Both the position numbers and the translations under genes were made by a program. A stretch of DNA of 64,000 nt, taken from positions 32,001 to 96,000 of the forward strand of contig JABCTC010000002.1 of assembly GCA_018238545.1 (NCBI GenBank), read 5' to 3'. This document shows positions 9,210-18,349 of the stretch, piece after piece. Each line of letters starts with the position of its first letter. Within the stretch, counting starts at the first letter, position 1. The notes beneath the pieces were generated by a model. It ran no database searches. It was not told the origin of the DNA and worked only from the letters and a program-made list of their open reading frames with translations. This stretch comes from Candidatus Heimdallarchaeota archaeon. GTDB taxonomy: Archaea; Asgardarchaeota; Heimdallarchaeia; Heimdallarchaeales; Heimdallarchaeaceae.

Positions 9210-9932
9210 ATGAAGATGAAATATAAATACATACTTTTTGATTTAGATGGAACTTTAATCCACTTTGAACCAGTGGATTTTATTAAAACCTATCTTGGTG
9301 CTGCTTCAAAATTTTTTATGGATTTGATTCCTGATCCAAAGAAATTCGTGAAAGAAATACTTAGTTCAACAGATGCTATGGAAAAAGGAGATGATGAAAC
9401 AACAAACACCTTACAGGAATTTCTGAATGATTTTTGTCCAAAATTTGATGTTAATTGTGAAGATATCAGACAAAGATTTCTAGATTTTTATCAAACAGAA
9501 TTTAAGGTTATTAAGCCTTTGATTACCAAAATGAAGGGTGCAATGGATTTACTAGAAATGTTAAAGAAAGAACATCCAGAAATGAAAATTATTCTAGCAA
9601 CTAATCCTGTTTTTCCCTTCGTTTCAATAGAAAAGAGAATGGAATGGGGCGAAATCTCTCAAGATTATTTCGATTTAATAACTCATGCTGAAAACAGTAC
9701 ATACTGTAAAGGCAATGGCAAATATTGGAATGAAATTCTCGAAAAAGTTGGGGGAACTGCAGAAGAATCTCTTGTAATAGGAAATGATGGCTATAGAGAC
9801 ATGGGGGCCAAAATTTATGGTTTTAGTACATTTTTGATTGAAGAAAATCTTGAAAATGAAGATAAAATGACTGAGGATATACAACCAGATTATCGAGGTA
9901 CTTTGGAGGATTTATACCATCTCCTCAAATGA
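9210..9932 (+). CDS. HAD-superfamily hydrolase
   Basis: FDLDGTL, LATNP, IGNDGYRD. Confidence 0.88.
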   Translation: MKMKYKYILFDLDGTLIHFEPVDFIKTYLGAASKFFMDLIPDPKKFVKEILSSTDAMEKGDDETTNTLQEFLNDFCPKFDVNCEDIRQRFLDFYQTEFKVIKPLITKMKGAMDLLEMLKKEHPEMKIILATNPVFPFVSIEKRMEWGEISQDYFDLITHAENSTYCKGNGKYWNEILEKVGGTAEESLVIGNDGYRDMGAKIYGFSTFLIEENLENEDKMTEDIQPDYRGTLEDLYHLLK

Positions 9933-9992
9933 GATAGCTAAACGAAAATGGTAAGACATTTAAAAGCTTCAACAGATATAATTTGAAGATAA

Positions 9993-11729
9993 ATGGCACT
10001 TGTTAATCCTGAAACATCTATTATTTTTGTTTATATATCATTCTTTTACAATTCTTTATTAGCTATTAAACTAATATATGATACTTTTGTAGGAAAGGTA
10101 GAAAAAAACAAAGTCGCGTGGAATATTATATCTGCTTGCTTAATTTTCGCTGGAACTTTACTCATGTTTATCTGGTTCCCTCGAGCATTTACTCCTGAAA
10201 TTGGATGGGATGCTTTCATTGGGCTTATCCTTCTTTTTGTGAATAACCTTACCGCAACAATTTTAGCTTTTATGAACAGAATTGAAGCTAATAGAATTGC
10301 AAAAATTGGAAATGTAATACTCACCTTATTAGCTCTTGTAACAATGATGCAGTATTTGCACAAAATATCAGCATTAACACCATTTATTCTTCCTCGTGGA
10401 CTAGGGTGGTTAACTCTAATTCCAAGTATTGGTTATGCTCAATTTCAAGCCTTTTTCTATGGATCAATTGGATATTTCTATCCAACATTGATATTCATTC
10501 CTATTGCTGTACCTATCAAATTTAGAAGAAAAATCGTGAAGAAGGATAAAAAAGCAAAAAGTTCTTCCAAAGCAATACAAAATAAAGAGAAACCAAAATC
10601 AACCAGCAGCAAATCTACATCTAGCCCGAAAAAACCTAAACGGAACGTGTTTCTTGATAAAATTGAAAGAGAAAAACCTGTAGAAATAGAAAGACCTCCA
10701 CTTTTTGCTAGCTTCAGGAGGTTTATGGATAATGCAACAAAATTTGTTTTTGGTGGTTTAGCTATACTAATTCTTGTTTTTGCAGGATTAGGAATCAGTA
10801 CAATGACTTCCTTCAACCAATATACATCTGCTGATTATCATCCTGTTTATCTCGATAGACCTGATTTTGAGTTCGGAGTCTCGTTGAAATCGGTTTCTTA
10901 TCAAACCATTGATTTATCTGATTACCAATCATTATTTCTAGAAGAGTTAGATTTGGTTGAAGATCTGGGTGTAACTGTGGCTAGATTGGATGTACGAATG
11001 GAGCTGTTAAACAACTTTGCAACGGAACTTACACAAATCATTGCATCTCTTAGAGCAAATGGGGTGAAAATAATGCTATCTACATACGGTTATGCTCCCC
11101 CTACTTGGTTTTTCCAAAATGTTAGTTTTGCAGATTATACTCAAGTTATTCATAATCAATCTGTTCAACTTGTACAATTGTATGAGCCTGACTATCTATT
11201 GATTTATCCCGAACCATTCGGTTTTTCCTCTGCTTTTGTTGCAGAATTGCAGGATGCGGATACATGGGTAAGTGTAATCGATGACACTTCCAACTTTATT
11301 CATTCAATATCAAATATAACTGAAGTGGGGATTAATCTTTCATTCAATGACTTTGATCCCTCAATAAATCTGTTCCAAAACTTGTGGGAAAATTCTACAC
11401 TTGATTTCGTAGGTCTAGATTATTACATAGTGCATGCAAGGGATTTAGATTTTAGCTATTACCTTAACATGGCAACAAATAATACTAAGGACTTTTGGTT
11501 CACAGAATTCGGTGTATCAGCAGTTGTTTATGGAGAACGAACTCAAGCAGGAGCATTAGCTGGAATGCTAGAGAACTGTCTTAACGACGAAAAAGTCAAA
11601 GGATTTGTCTATTATTCTTTACTTGATGATTTTTATGGAGCTAATACTCTAGGTCTTGTAACAGAAACAGGATATAGAAGAATGGCCTTCACAAAATACA
11701 AGGAGATTATCGCAGAAATATTGGGTTGA
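9993..11729 (+). CDS. Multi-pass membrane protein with C-terminal clan GH-A glycoside hydrolase-like TIM barrel
   Basis: About 6 N-terminal TM helices, Lys/Ser-rich linker, one more TM, then YPEP (acid/base), VGLDYY and FWFTEFG (nucleophile). Confidence 0.7.
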   Translation: MALVNPETSIIFVYISFFYNSLLAIKLIYDTFVGKVEKNKVAWNIISACLIFAGTLLMFIWFPRAFTPEIGWDAFIGLILLFVNNLTATILAFMNRIEANRIAKIGNVILTLLALVTMMQYLHKISALTPFILPRGLGWLTLIPSIGYAQFQAFFYGSIGYFYPTLIFIPIAVPIKFRRKIVKKDKKAKSSSKAIQNKEKPKSTSSKSTSSPKKPKRNVFLDKIEREKPVEIERPPLFASFRRFMDNATKFVFGGLAILILVFAGLGISTMTSFNQYTSADYHPVYLDRPDFEFGVSLKSVSYQTIDLSDYQSLFLEELDLVEDLGVTVARLDVRMELLNNFATELTQIIASLRANGVKIMLSTYGYAPPTWFFQNVSFADYTQVIHNQSVQLVQLYEPDYLLIYPEPFGFSSAFVAELQDADTWVSVIDDTSNFIHSISNITEVGINLSFNDFDPSINLFQNLWENSTLDFVGLDYYIVHARDLDFSYYLNMATNNTKDFWFTEFGVSAVVYGERTQAGALAGMLENCLNDEKVKGFVYYSLLDDFYGANTLGLVTETGYRRMAFTKYKEIIAEILG

Positions 11730-11739
11730 AACAGATAAT

Positions 11740-11820
11740 GAAGAATTAGTCTCAGACCGCCCATCACATCTCCTTTCCTTTCGGATCATAGACCGTTGTA
11801 TCATCATGAACGAATTCTTC
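11740..11820 (-). ncRNA. Box C/D 2'-O-methylation guide sRNA (double guide: 16S decoding site and 23S helix 93)
   Basis: Minus strand: GAAGAAUU-cguuc-AUGAUGA(C)-UACAACGGUCU-AUGA(D')-UCCGAAAGGA-AAGGAGA(C'-like)-UGUGAUGGGCGGU-CUGA(D)-gacu-AAUUCUUC. 8-bp terminal stem; both guides complementary to conserved rRNA segments. Confidence 0.88.
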
Positions 11821-11868
11821 GTTCAACATAAAAAACAGAAAATGTTTAAGGTTTTCTATCTCGTTTTT

Positions 11869-13146
11869 TCACAACATAGCATTGGACATAGATATGTAGC
11901 CTTCAATTTCGTTTTTAGCGATTCTAACAAATTCTAACAACTGATCAATATTCCCTTCAGTTGCAAATCTTTGAGTTTCTTCAAGTTTTCTCATCGCTTC
12001 CTCGAATTTTTCTTGTGCTTCTTTGAAGTTTTCTTGATCAAAAAGATAGATACCTTCTGTTTCTAGGGCGAGAGACTCATAAAATGAGCGTTGAGCTGTC
12101 ATATTGTAGATTAAAGTCTTACTTTTAATACTTGTTAGCAGTCCTAACGCTATATCAACAATTTCTACTGCTTTCAGGAATATTTCACTTGCTTTTTTAG
12201 GCTTGTCTTTCCTCTTATATAACTCATTGGCCTCTGCTTCGAATCTGCTAGCTTGAGTGATTCTAGATAATGCTAGATAGAGTCTTTGTTCCAAAAAATT
12301 ATCGCAAATACCACTAGCACGTGCATAGTATTTTGAAGCTATTGCAAAATATCGTAAAGCTTCATTGAAAAGACTCTTTGATATGTAATCGGTGCCTTTA
12401 TCCCAGAAAAATTCAGCTCGGTTAATAATATGAAGTTTAGTTATTTCATCGATTTTATTGTGAAGCTCATCCATCTCTTCGTCAAGAGATTGTAAAAAGA
12501 AATTAGCTTTCATTAATTCGGTTCGAGCATGAAGCAGATATTTTTTGTATAAATTTGTATTTTCCAATTTTGTTTGCGCTAAGGTTTTGTTAAGGGTATA
12601 TTTTGCTAAGGCAACCCTTGATTTTGCTATAAAATAATCTATTTGATTTTTCTCCTCATTTCGATTTTCAGAAAAAGCCTTGAAAAAAGCTATTCCCTCA
12701 TTAATTATCGTTAATTGCTTGTTTGGATCTGTTTCAATTGATGTTCTGCATATTCTTATCATACCTTCAGAGTAGTTTGTCCATTTGATCATTTCCTTGT
12801 AAACTAAATCTCCATCTACACCTCTTGAAGCTCTTGACCTAACTATCAATTTAAGGGCATCTTCAAAATGTTTGAGAGCTTTAGTGTAGTCTTTATTATT
12901 GAACAAATCATCAGCTTTAACTAAATATAGCATCCCTTCATAGAAATAGGAGAGCACCTTTGCATTAACGTTCTCCTCGCCTGCTTTTTGATAAGTGCTG
13001 AGAGTTTCAGAGTATTCAGCAAAAAGCTTGTTTAAATCTGAATAAACGGGCTCATAATGAATGAATTTAAAATCCGAGATATTTGAGCTCAAGTATATCA
13101 AACTAACATCTCTGCGTAAGAATAAAAAATTAACTGTTGTTTTCAC
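11869..13146 (-). CDS. Alpha-solenoid (TPR-like) protein
   Basis: Repeated A-x-x-L/F-x(4)-Y/F-x-x-A-x-x-x-F-x-x-A helical pattern. The start may be downstream (TTG ~13092). Confidence 0.7.
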   Translation of the reverse strand: MKTTVNFLFLRRDVSLIYLSSNISDFKFIHYEPVYSDLNKLFAEYSETLSTYQKAGEENVNAKVLSYFYEGMLYLVKADDLFNNKDYTKALKHFEDALKLIVRSRASRGVDGDLVYKEMIKWTNYSEGMIRICRTSIETDPNKQLTIINEGIAFFKAFSENRNEEKNQIDYFIAKSRVALAKYTLNKTLAQTKLENTNLYKKYLLHARTELMKANFFLQSLDEEMDELHNKIDEITKLHIINRAEFFWDKGTDYISKSLFNEALRYFAIASKYYARASGICDNFLEQRLYLALSRITQASRFEAEANELYKRKDKPKKASEIFLKAVEIVDIALGLLTSIKSKTLIYNMTAQRSFYESLALETEGIYLFDQENFKEAQEKFEEAMRKLEETQRFATEGNIDQLLEFVRIAKNEIEGYISMSNAML

Positions 13147-13194
13147 AACATGAGTGTTTCTAAAACTTAATTAAAGAGCAGATTGTGAAACCAA

Positions 13195-13854
13195 TTGAAA
13201 TTCATGAGTTCTATACAACTGATTGTATTTGATCTTGATGGAACATTAATCCAATCAAATATCGATTATATGGGAATTCGAGATGATGTAAGGAAACTGT
13301 TAAAAGATCTTGTTCCTCCAGATGAATATCAAATCATAAAAGATACGCCTACAACCATCTTGAACTTGGTTGGACTTGTAAAAAAGAAGGATACACTAGG
13401 TGGGCTTTATGAAAAAGCTTGGCAGCTTGTTGAGGATGCTGAACGAATAGGTTATGAGAATGCTCAGCTAGATGAAGATGTTCATTCAACCCTAAGTAAA
13501 TTACAACTGGAGAATTTTGATATAGCTATTTTTACCAATAATTCCAGAAAACTAACTGATTATGGAATGAAGAAATTTGAACTTGATAAGTATACAGACA
13601 TTGTAATAACTAGAGATGATGTCGAAGAAGCAAAACCAAATCCTGAAGGGCTTATTAAGATTATGAATCACTTCAACCGATCAATAGAACAGACAATTTT
13701 CATAGGTGATTCCTGGTTAGATGCTGAAACTGCTCAAGTAGTTGGTGTTGATTTTATCTATTTTGGTGATTCAAGTGCTCCAAGTACTCGTAGAAAGAAG
13801 ATAGAGGTTACGAAAGTAGTTAACAAAATAAGTGAAATATTAAACTATGTTTGA
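13195..13854 (+). CDS. HAD hydrolase (phosphoglycolate phosphatase-like)
   Basis: FDLDGTL, FTNN, KPNP, IGDSWLD. Confidence 0.88.
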   Translation: MKFMSSIQLIVFDLDGTLIQSNIDYMGIRDDVRKLLKDLVPPDEYQIIKDTPTTILNLVGLVKKKDTLGGLYEKAWQLVEDAERIGYENAQLDEDVHSTLSKLQLENFDIAIFTNNSRKLTDYGMKKFELDKYTDIVITRDDVEEAKPNPEGLIKIMNHFNRSIEQTIFIGDSWLDAETAQVVGVDFIYFGDSSAPSTRRKKIEVTKVVNKISEILNYV

Positions 13855-13917
13855 TTTTACTAGATATTTCTATGCAAAAGAAATTTAACCTATATAACAC
13901 TAATTTATACGATTAAT

Positions 13918-15342
13918 ATGAATCCATTTAAGATTAAAAAAATGACTATTTCTCTCTTATTAGTTGCTCTTTTTGCTATTTCTATTGTTCCCACTGTAAA
14001 TGTTTTGAGTGAAACCAATGGTGAAGAGGATATCAATACTATAAAGAGAGTTATTGTTTTTAGTGCTGATGCTTTCAGACATGATTACTTCGAAAAAACT
14101 AGTTTGCCAACAATTGAATGGCTAATTGGTGAAGGTGCAAAAGCCCTATACAATGTTCCTTCTAATCCCTCAGTAACAGCAGTTAATCACGTTTCTATGA
14201 TTACTGGAAATCATCCTGATGTTCATGGAATACTAGGAAATACTTTCTATGACTGGGTCGATAATAAATCATACTCATTGTTTGATGAAGCTACTGATCC
14301 TTATCGTGACACAAATACAGGTTTGCATTTGTTATCAACCCAACCCTCTGTCCTACATGCTGAAGAAAATGATATAGTAACTGCTGTGTTCGCGTGGCCT
14401 TATGTAGACGACGGAACAATGTATGGTGGAGCTGCTCCAACTTATGTTTATGACTACGATTATTTTGGTACAGAAAATACCCGTACTAACATGGGAATTG
14501 CAAGGAAAACTGTCGATACAATAATTGCCCATCCTGAAATTGGGTTAGCGTTTTCTTGGTGGCCAGCTGTAGATTCTAGAGGACATTATGCAGGTATAGA
14601 TTCAACCTATCTTATAGATGAGCTAGTAAATGTGGATAATGCGCTAGCTTATGTTATCCGAAGATTGCAGGAAGAAGACATGCTAAGGGAAACTATTATC
14701 ATTTTAACCTCTGACCATGGAATGGCTCCTGTCCATGATACTAATTTCTTCTTAGAAGAAAAATCCTATTTTGGGGTAGCCATGAACATGACTGGACTTG
14801 AACCTTATATAGCACATGATGCTGCTTTTGAATTACTTTACTTCATGGGAGAAACCAATGTCTCCAAAGTATCAGATTTTGCTAGTTGTCTTGAAGGACA
14901 AACTGGAATTGAAGGAGTGTTTGTTAATGAAGAGAACGAGGATATTGACATCTTTAATGCTAATAGAGGTATTAACATCTCAGTTTTTCTTGAACCAGGA
15001 TATTCTAGAAACTTTGGTGGCACATATGTAGGTATGCATGGCTATCTTAATACTAATACTGATATGCATGGAATCTTCATTGCTGCTGGTCCTGGCATTA
15101 AACAAAATATGACAATTGATGGAATTAGTATGATTGACATAGCTCCAACAGCACTATCACTTCTGGGTTCACAAAGTGATTTCGAAACAGAAGGTGTAGT
15201 ACTAAGTGCTGCAATAGGCGATAGGACAACTGAATTTCTTAACTCAAATTACGTTGTTGAGTCAGGAATAAGTTTAATTCCTGTTATAGCTTTCTTCGTA
15301 ATCGTTCCAATAATAAATGTTATTCGTAAAAAGAAGAAGTAA
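13918..15342 (+). CDS. Surface-anchored nucleotide pyrophosphatase/phosphodiesterase (alkaline phosphatase superfamily)
   Basis: Signal peptide; SADAFR, PSVTAVNH, D-x-x-GH, TSDHGM, GMHGY; C-terminal TM plus RKKKK. Confidence 0.88.
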   Translation: MNPFKIKKMTISLLLVALFAISIVPTVNVLSETNGEEDINTIKRVIVFSADAFRHDYFEKTSLPTIEWLIGEGAKALYNVPSNPSVTAVNHVSMITGNHPDVHGILGNTFYDWVDNKSYSLFDEATDPYRDTNTGLHLLSTQPSVLHAEENDIVTAVFAWPYVDDGTMYGGAAPTYVYDYDYFGTENTRTNMGIARKTVDTIIAHPEIGLAFSWWPAVDSRGHYAGIDSTYLIDELVNVDNALAYVIRRLQEEDMLRETIIILTSDHGMAPVHDTNFFLEEKSYFGVAMNMTGLEPYIAHDAAFELLYFMGETNVSKVSDFASCLEGQTGIEGVFVNEENEDIDIFNANRGINISVFLEPGYSRNFGGTYVGMHGYLNTNTDMHGIFIAAGPGIKQNMTIDGISMIDIAPTALSLLGSQSDFETEGVVLSAAIGDRTTEFLNSNYVVESGISLIPVIAFFVIVPIINVIRKKKK

Positions 15343-15365
15343 GTTTCTTCTTTTATCTTTTTTTT
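15343..15365 (+). terminator. Oligo(T) archaeal terminator
   Basis: GTTTCTTCTTTTATCTTTTTTTT immediately after the stop codon. Confidence 0.55.
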
Positions 15366-15403
15366 AAAAAAAAGCAATTATATACTAGTGCGTATATTGT
15401 AAT

Positions 15404-17206
15404 TTGATACTAATGAAATTAAGGTTAGTTTTCAGAGGGATGCTTACTCTAACATTCTTATGGGGGTTAGTGTATGCACTTGTAATGGGCGCTGTTGCGT
15501 TAGCATATTATTATGGTAGTTTTACAGAAGCACTAGGCATGTCTGCTCTTATCCTATTTCCCGTGGTTGTATCTCTGGGTATAATTTTACTGCAGTTTCT
15601 AATATCTCCTTGGCTGTTAGATCTGAGTTTTAGATGGATGCACAGAATGACTTGGATAGAAGTATCACAGCTACCTCCACACCTTGCTCAATATATTGTG
15701 GATCAGAGTCAACTTCATAATATCTCGATTAAGAAAGTTGGAATGATACATGACAATATGCCAACAGCTTTAACATATGGAAGATTCAAAAAGAATGCGC
15801 GAATAGTTCTTTCTGATGGGATTCTCAACTTACTAACTCCAGAAGAACAGAAAGCAGTTGTAGGTCATGAAATAGGTCATATTGTCCACATGGATTTCTT
15901 ATTTATGACAATAGCCTCGGCCGTACCAATGATCATGTATACTTTTTACATCTTTTCTAGAGGCTTACTTAGGTCTGGAGCTTTATCTAGTGGAGGAGAC
16001 AATAAAGCTGGAGCAGCTATTGCTGCAGTGGCTGTAGTAACTGTTGTCGTTTCCTATCTTTTCTATTTAATTAGTCAATTTATGGTTCTTTTCCTAAGTA
16101 GAGTCCGTGAGTACTATGCTGATAGATTCTCAGGGGAACAAACGGGGAATCCGAAAGCACTTTCAACGGCTTTAGTAAAAATTGCTTATGGAATGGTGAG
16201 CACTCAAGCTCAATATTCTGAGACAATAAACGATAAGACTGTTGATCGAAGAACAAGAGTAAGAACATATCGCAGATCATCTATGTACTCGAACTCTACC
16301 AGATCATTGAATATTTTCGATATTAAAGCTGCTAAAGGTTTAGTAATGACAGCTTATGCTCAATCCGCTGGTGGAGAACTCTCACCTGAAATGATTGTTA
16401 GAGCCGCTGCTTGGGATCTTGAAAGTCCTTGGGGTGGTTTCCTGGAATTGCAATCTACTCACCCGTTAACTGCAAAACGTCTTCTAGCTTTAGATGATTT
16501 AGCAGAAGAAAACAATATGAAACGAGCATTTCCTACACTTGGCACAGATCAAATCAAAGAAAGCCTTTGGGATGAGTTTTTGGTAGATGTTTTCCTACTT
16601 TACATTGTTCCTATACTCACTTTTGTACTTCCAGGTTTAGGGGCTTTATCCTACTTTTATGATTCTAGCACACAGTGGATGTGGATTGGTATAGGTTCTG
16701 GACTAGGGTTAGCTGTTCTATTATGGATCTGGAGAGTGGTTGTTCGATATCCTAAATTAGATGAAGAACTCCAATTGGTTAATGCCATGACTGCAGTAAC
16801 TGATGTAAGTGATGATGGATATGCAGAAGCTTCTCCATTCAGAGGGAAACCTATAAGGCTGCAGGGGACAATAATTGGTAGAGGAACACCCGGCTATTAC
16901 TTAAGTGAAGATGTTGTTCTTCAAGATCCTTCTGGAATTATTACTTTGGATTATAATCCTCTTTTTGGCTTCATGAGATGGTTTACTGCTCTATTTAGAG
17001 TTGATAGATTGATTGGAAACCAAGTGACAGTAATTGGATGGTACAGAAGAACACCAAGACCTATTGTTATGATTAAAAGAATGGAAACACCAGATGGTCA
17101 GGTATTTCGTTCAAATAAGAATATAGCTGGTTGGGTGTTAGTAGGTCTTTTAGCCTTAGGGGCTTTAGTGTGCATCTTTATGGGTTTGCCTTCAATTGGT
17201 TGGTAA
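15404..17206 (+). CDS. htpX: M48 (HtpX-like) membrane zinc metalloprotease, long form
   Basis: HEIGH, SRVREYYAD, LSTALVKI, STHP; extra C-terminal TM plus OB-like domain. Confidence 0.85.
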   Translation: MILMKLRLVFRGMLTLTFLWGLVYALVMGAVALAYYYGSFTEALGMSALILFPVVVSLGIILLQFLISPWLLDLSFRWMHRMTWIEVSQLPPHLAQYIVDQSQLHNISIKKVGMIHDNMPTALTYGRFKKNARIVLSDGILNLLTPEEQKAVVGHEIGHIVHMDFLFMTIASAVPMIMYTFYIFSRGLLRSGALSSGGDNKAGAAIAAVAVVTVVVSYLFYLISQFMVLFLSRVREYYADRFSGEQTGNPKALSTALVKIAYGMVSTQAQYSETINDKTVDRRTRVRTYRRSSMYSNSTRSLNIFDIKAAKGLVMTAYAQSAGGELSPEMIVRAAAWDLESPWGGFLELQSTHPLTAKRLLALDDLAEENNMKRAFPTLGTDQIKESLWDEFLVDVFLLYIVPILTFVLPGLGALSYFYDSSTQWMWIGIGSGLGLAVLLWIWRVVVRYPKLDEELQLVNAMTAVTDVSDDGYAEASPFRGKPIRLQGTIIGRGTPGYYLSEDVVLQDPSGIITLDYNPLFGFMRWFTALFRVDRLIGNQVTVIGWYRRTPRPIVMIKRMETPDGQVFRSNKNIAGWVLVGLLALGALVCIFMGLPSIGW

Positions 17207-17231
17207 TCTTTTTCCCTTTTTCTTTTTATTT
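17207..17231 (+). terminator. Oligo(T) archaeal terminator
   Basis: TCTTTTTCCCTTTTTCTTTTTATTT after the stop codon. Confidence 0.55.
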
Positions 17232-17290
17232 GTAACAATGTGTTAAAACATCAAAGTTAAATAATCACAAAAAAAGTTGTTTTCATTCTG

Positions 17291-18265
17291 GTGAAAGCAA
17301 TGGCTGAGAAAAAGACAAGTACAAAAGAAAAAGCCAAAGAAAAAGTTGAAGAGACCATAGAAGAAGAGAAAGAAGAAACAATTCTCGAAAAATATCAGAA
17401 GGCCGGTGAAGTTGCTAAAAGTGTTTTGCAACATGTAAAAGAAATGGCTAAACCTGGTGTTAAAGGTCTGGACTTATGTGAAACTGCAGATAGAATGATA
17501 GAAGAAGCAGGAATGAAAACTGCTTTTCCACTAAATGTGTCCGTTAATAATCATTGTGCTCATTATACCTGTCCTTGGGAAGATGACCTTGTTCTGAAGG
17601 AAGGAGATGTTGTAAAGCTTGATTGTGGGGTGCATTATGAAGGCTACATAGCAGATACAGCAGTAACTGTAGCATTTGATGATGTTCATAACGACCTGAT
17701 TAAAGCTAGTAGAGAAGCAACAGAAACAGCTGTTAAAGTAATTCGTGTTGGTGGATATACTGGAAAATTAGGTGATTTGACAGAAAGTATCATTGAAGGA
17801 TATGGATTTACAACAATTAAAGACCTCTCTGGTCATATGTTAATGCAATATAGAGTCCATGGCCCCAAAACTATTCCCAATGTTGCAGGAAGAAAAGGCA
17901 ATCTTATTCTACAAGATGAAGCATTTGCTATAGAAACATTCGCTTCAACTGGAGCAGGAGAATCTGGTCAAGATAGAAATAAATTGTATATTGTACGTCT
18001 AGCTGATGGAAGATTTCCACTCAGAACTGATGCTGCAAAACAAATTCGTAGGCTTCTTGATAAGGAGTATAACCGCTTACCAGTATCTACCAGATGGATC
18101 TACAAGCATGTAGGTGTTGCAAAAGCTAAGATGGGTTTGAGGGAACTCAAACAAGTAGGTGCATTGTATCAATATCATGTTTTATCTGATATTGCAGGTT
18201 CATTTGTGAGTCAGCACGAACACACCGTATACATGACACCTGAAGGACCTATTCGTACAACTTAA
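17291..18265 (+). CDS. map: Methionine aminopeptidase type II
   Basis: AFP-x-S-x-N-x-x-AHYT, KLDCGVH-x-x-GYIADTA, SGH, IETF, QHEHT with type II helical insert. Confidence 0.93.
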   Translation: MKAMAEKKTSTKEKAKEKVEETIEEEKEETILEKYQKAGEVAKSVLQHVKEMAKPGVKGLDLCETADRMIEEAGMKTAFPLNVSVNNHCAHYTCPWEDDLVLKEGDVVKLDCGVHYEGYIADTAVTVAFDDVHNDLIKASREATETAVKVIRVGGYTGKLGDLTESIIEGYGFTTIKDLSGHMLMQYRVHGPKTIPNVAGRKGNLILQDEAFAIETFASTGAGESGQDRNKLYIVRLADGRFPLRTDAAKQIRRLLDKEYNRLPVSTRWIYKHVGVAKAKMGLRELKQVGALYQYHVLSDIAGSFVSQHEHTVYMTPEGPIRTT

Positions 18266-18349
18266 TAATTCCTTCAAATTTCTTTCTTTTATTTCTTTCA
18301 ACTTTTTCATAAATTTTTACCTAAAACATTTTTAAACATTGTAGAGTTC

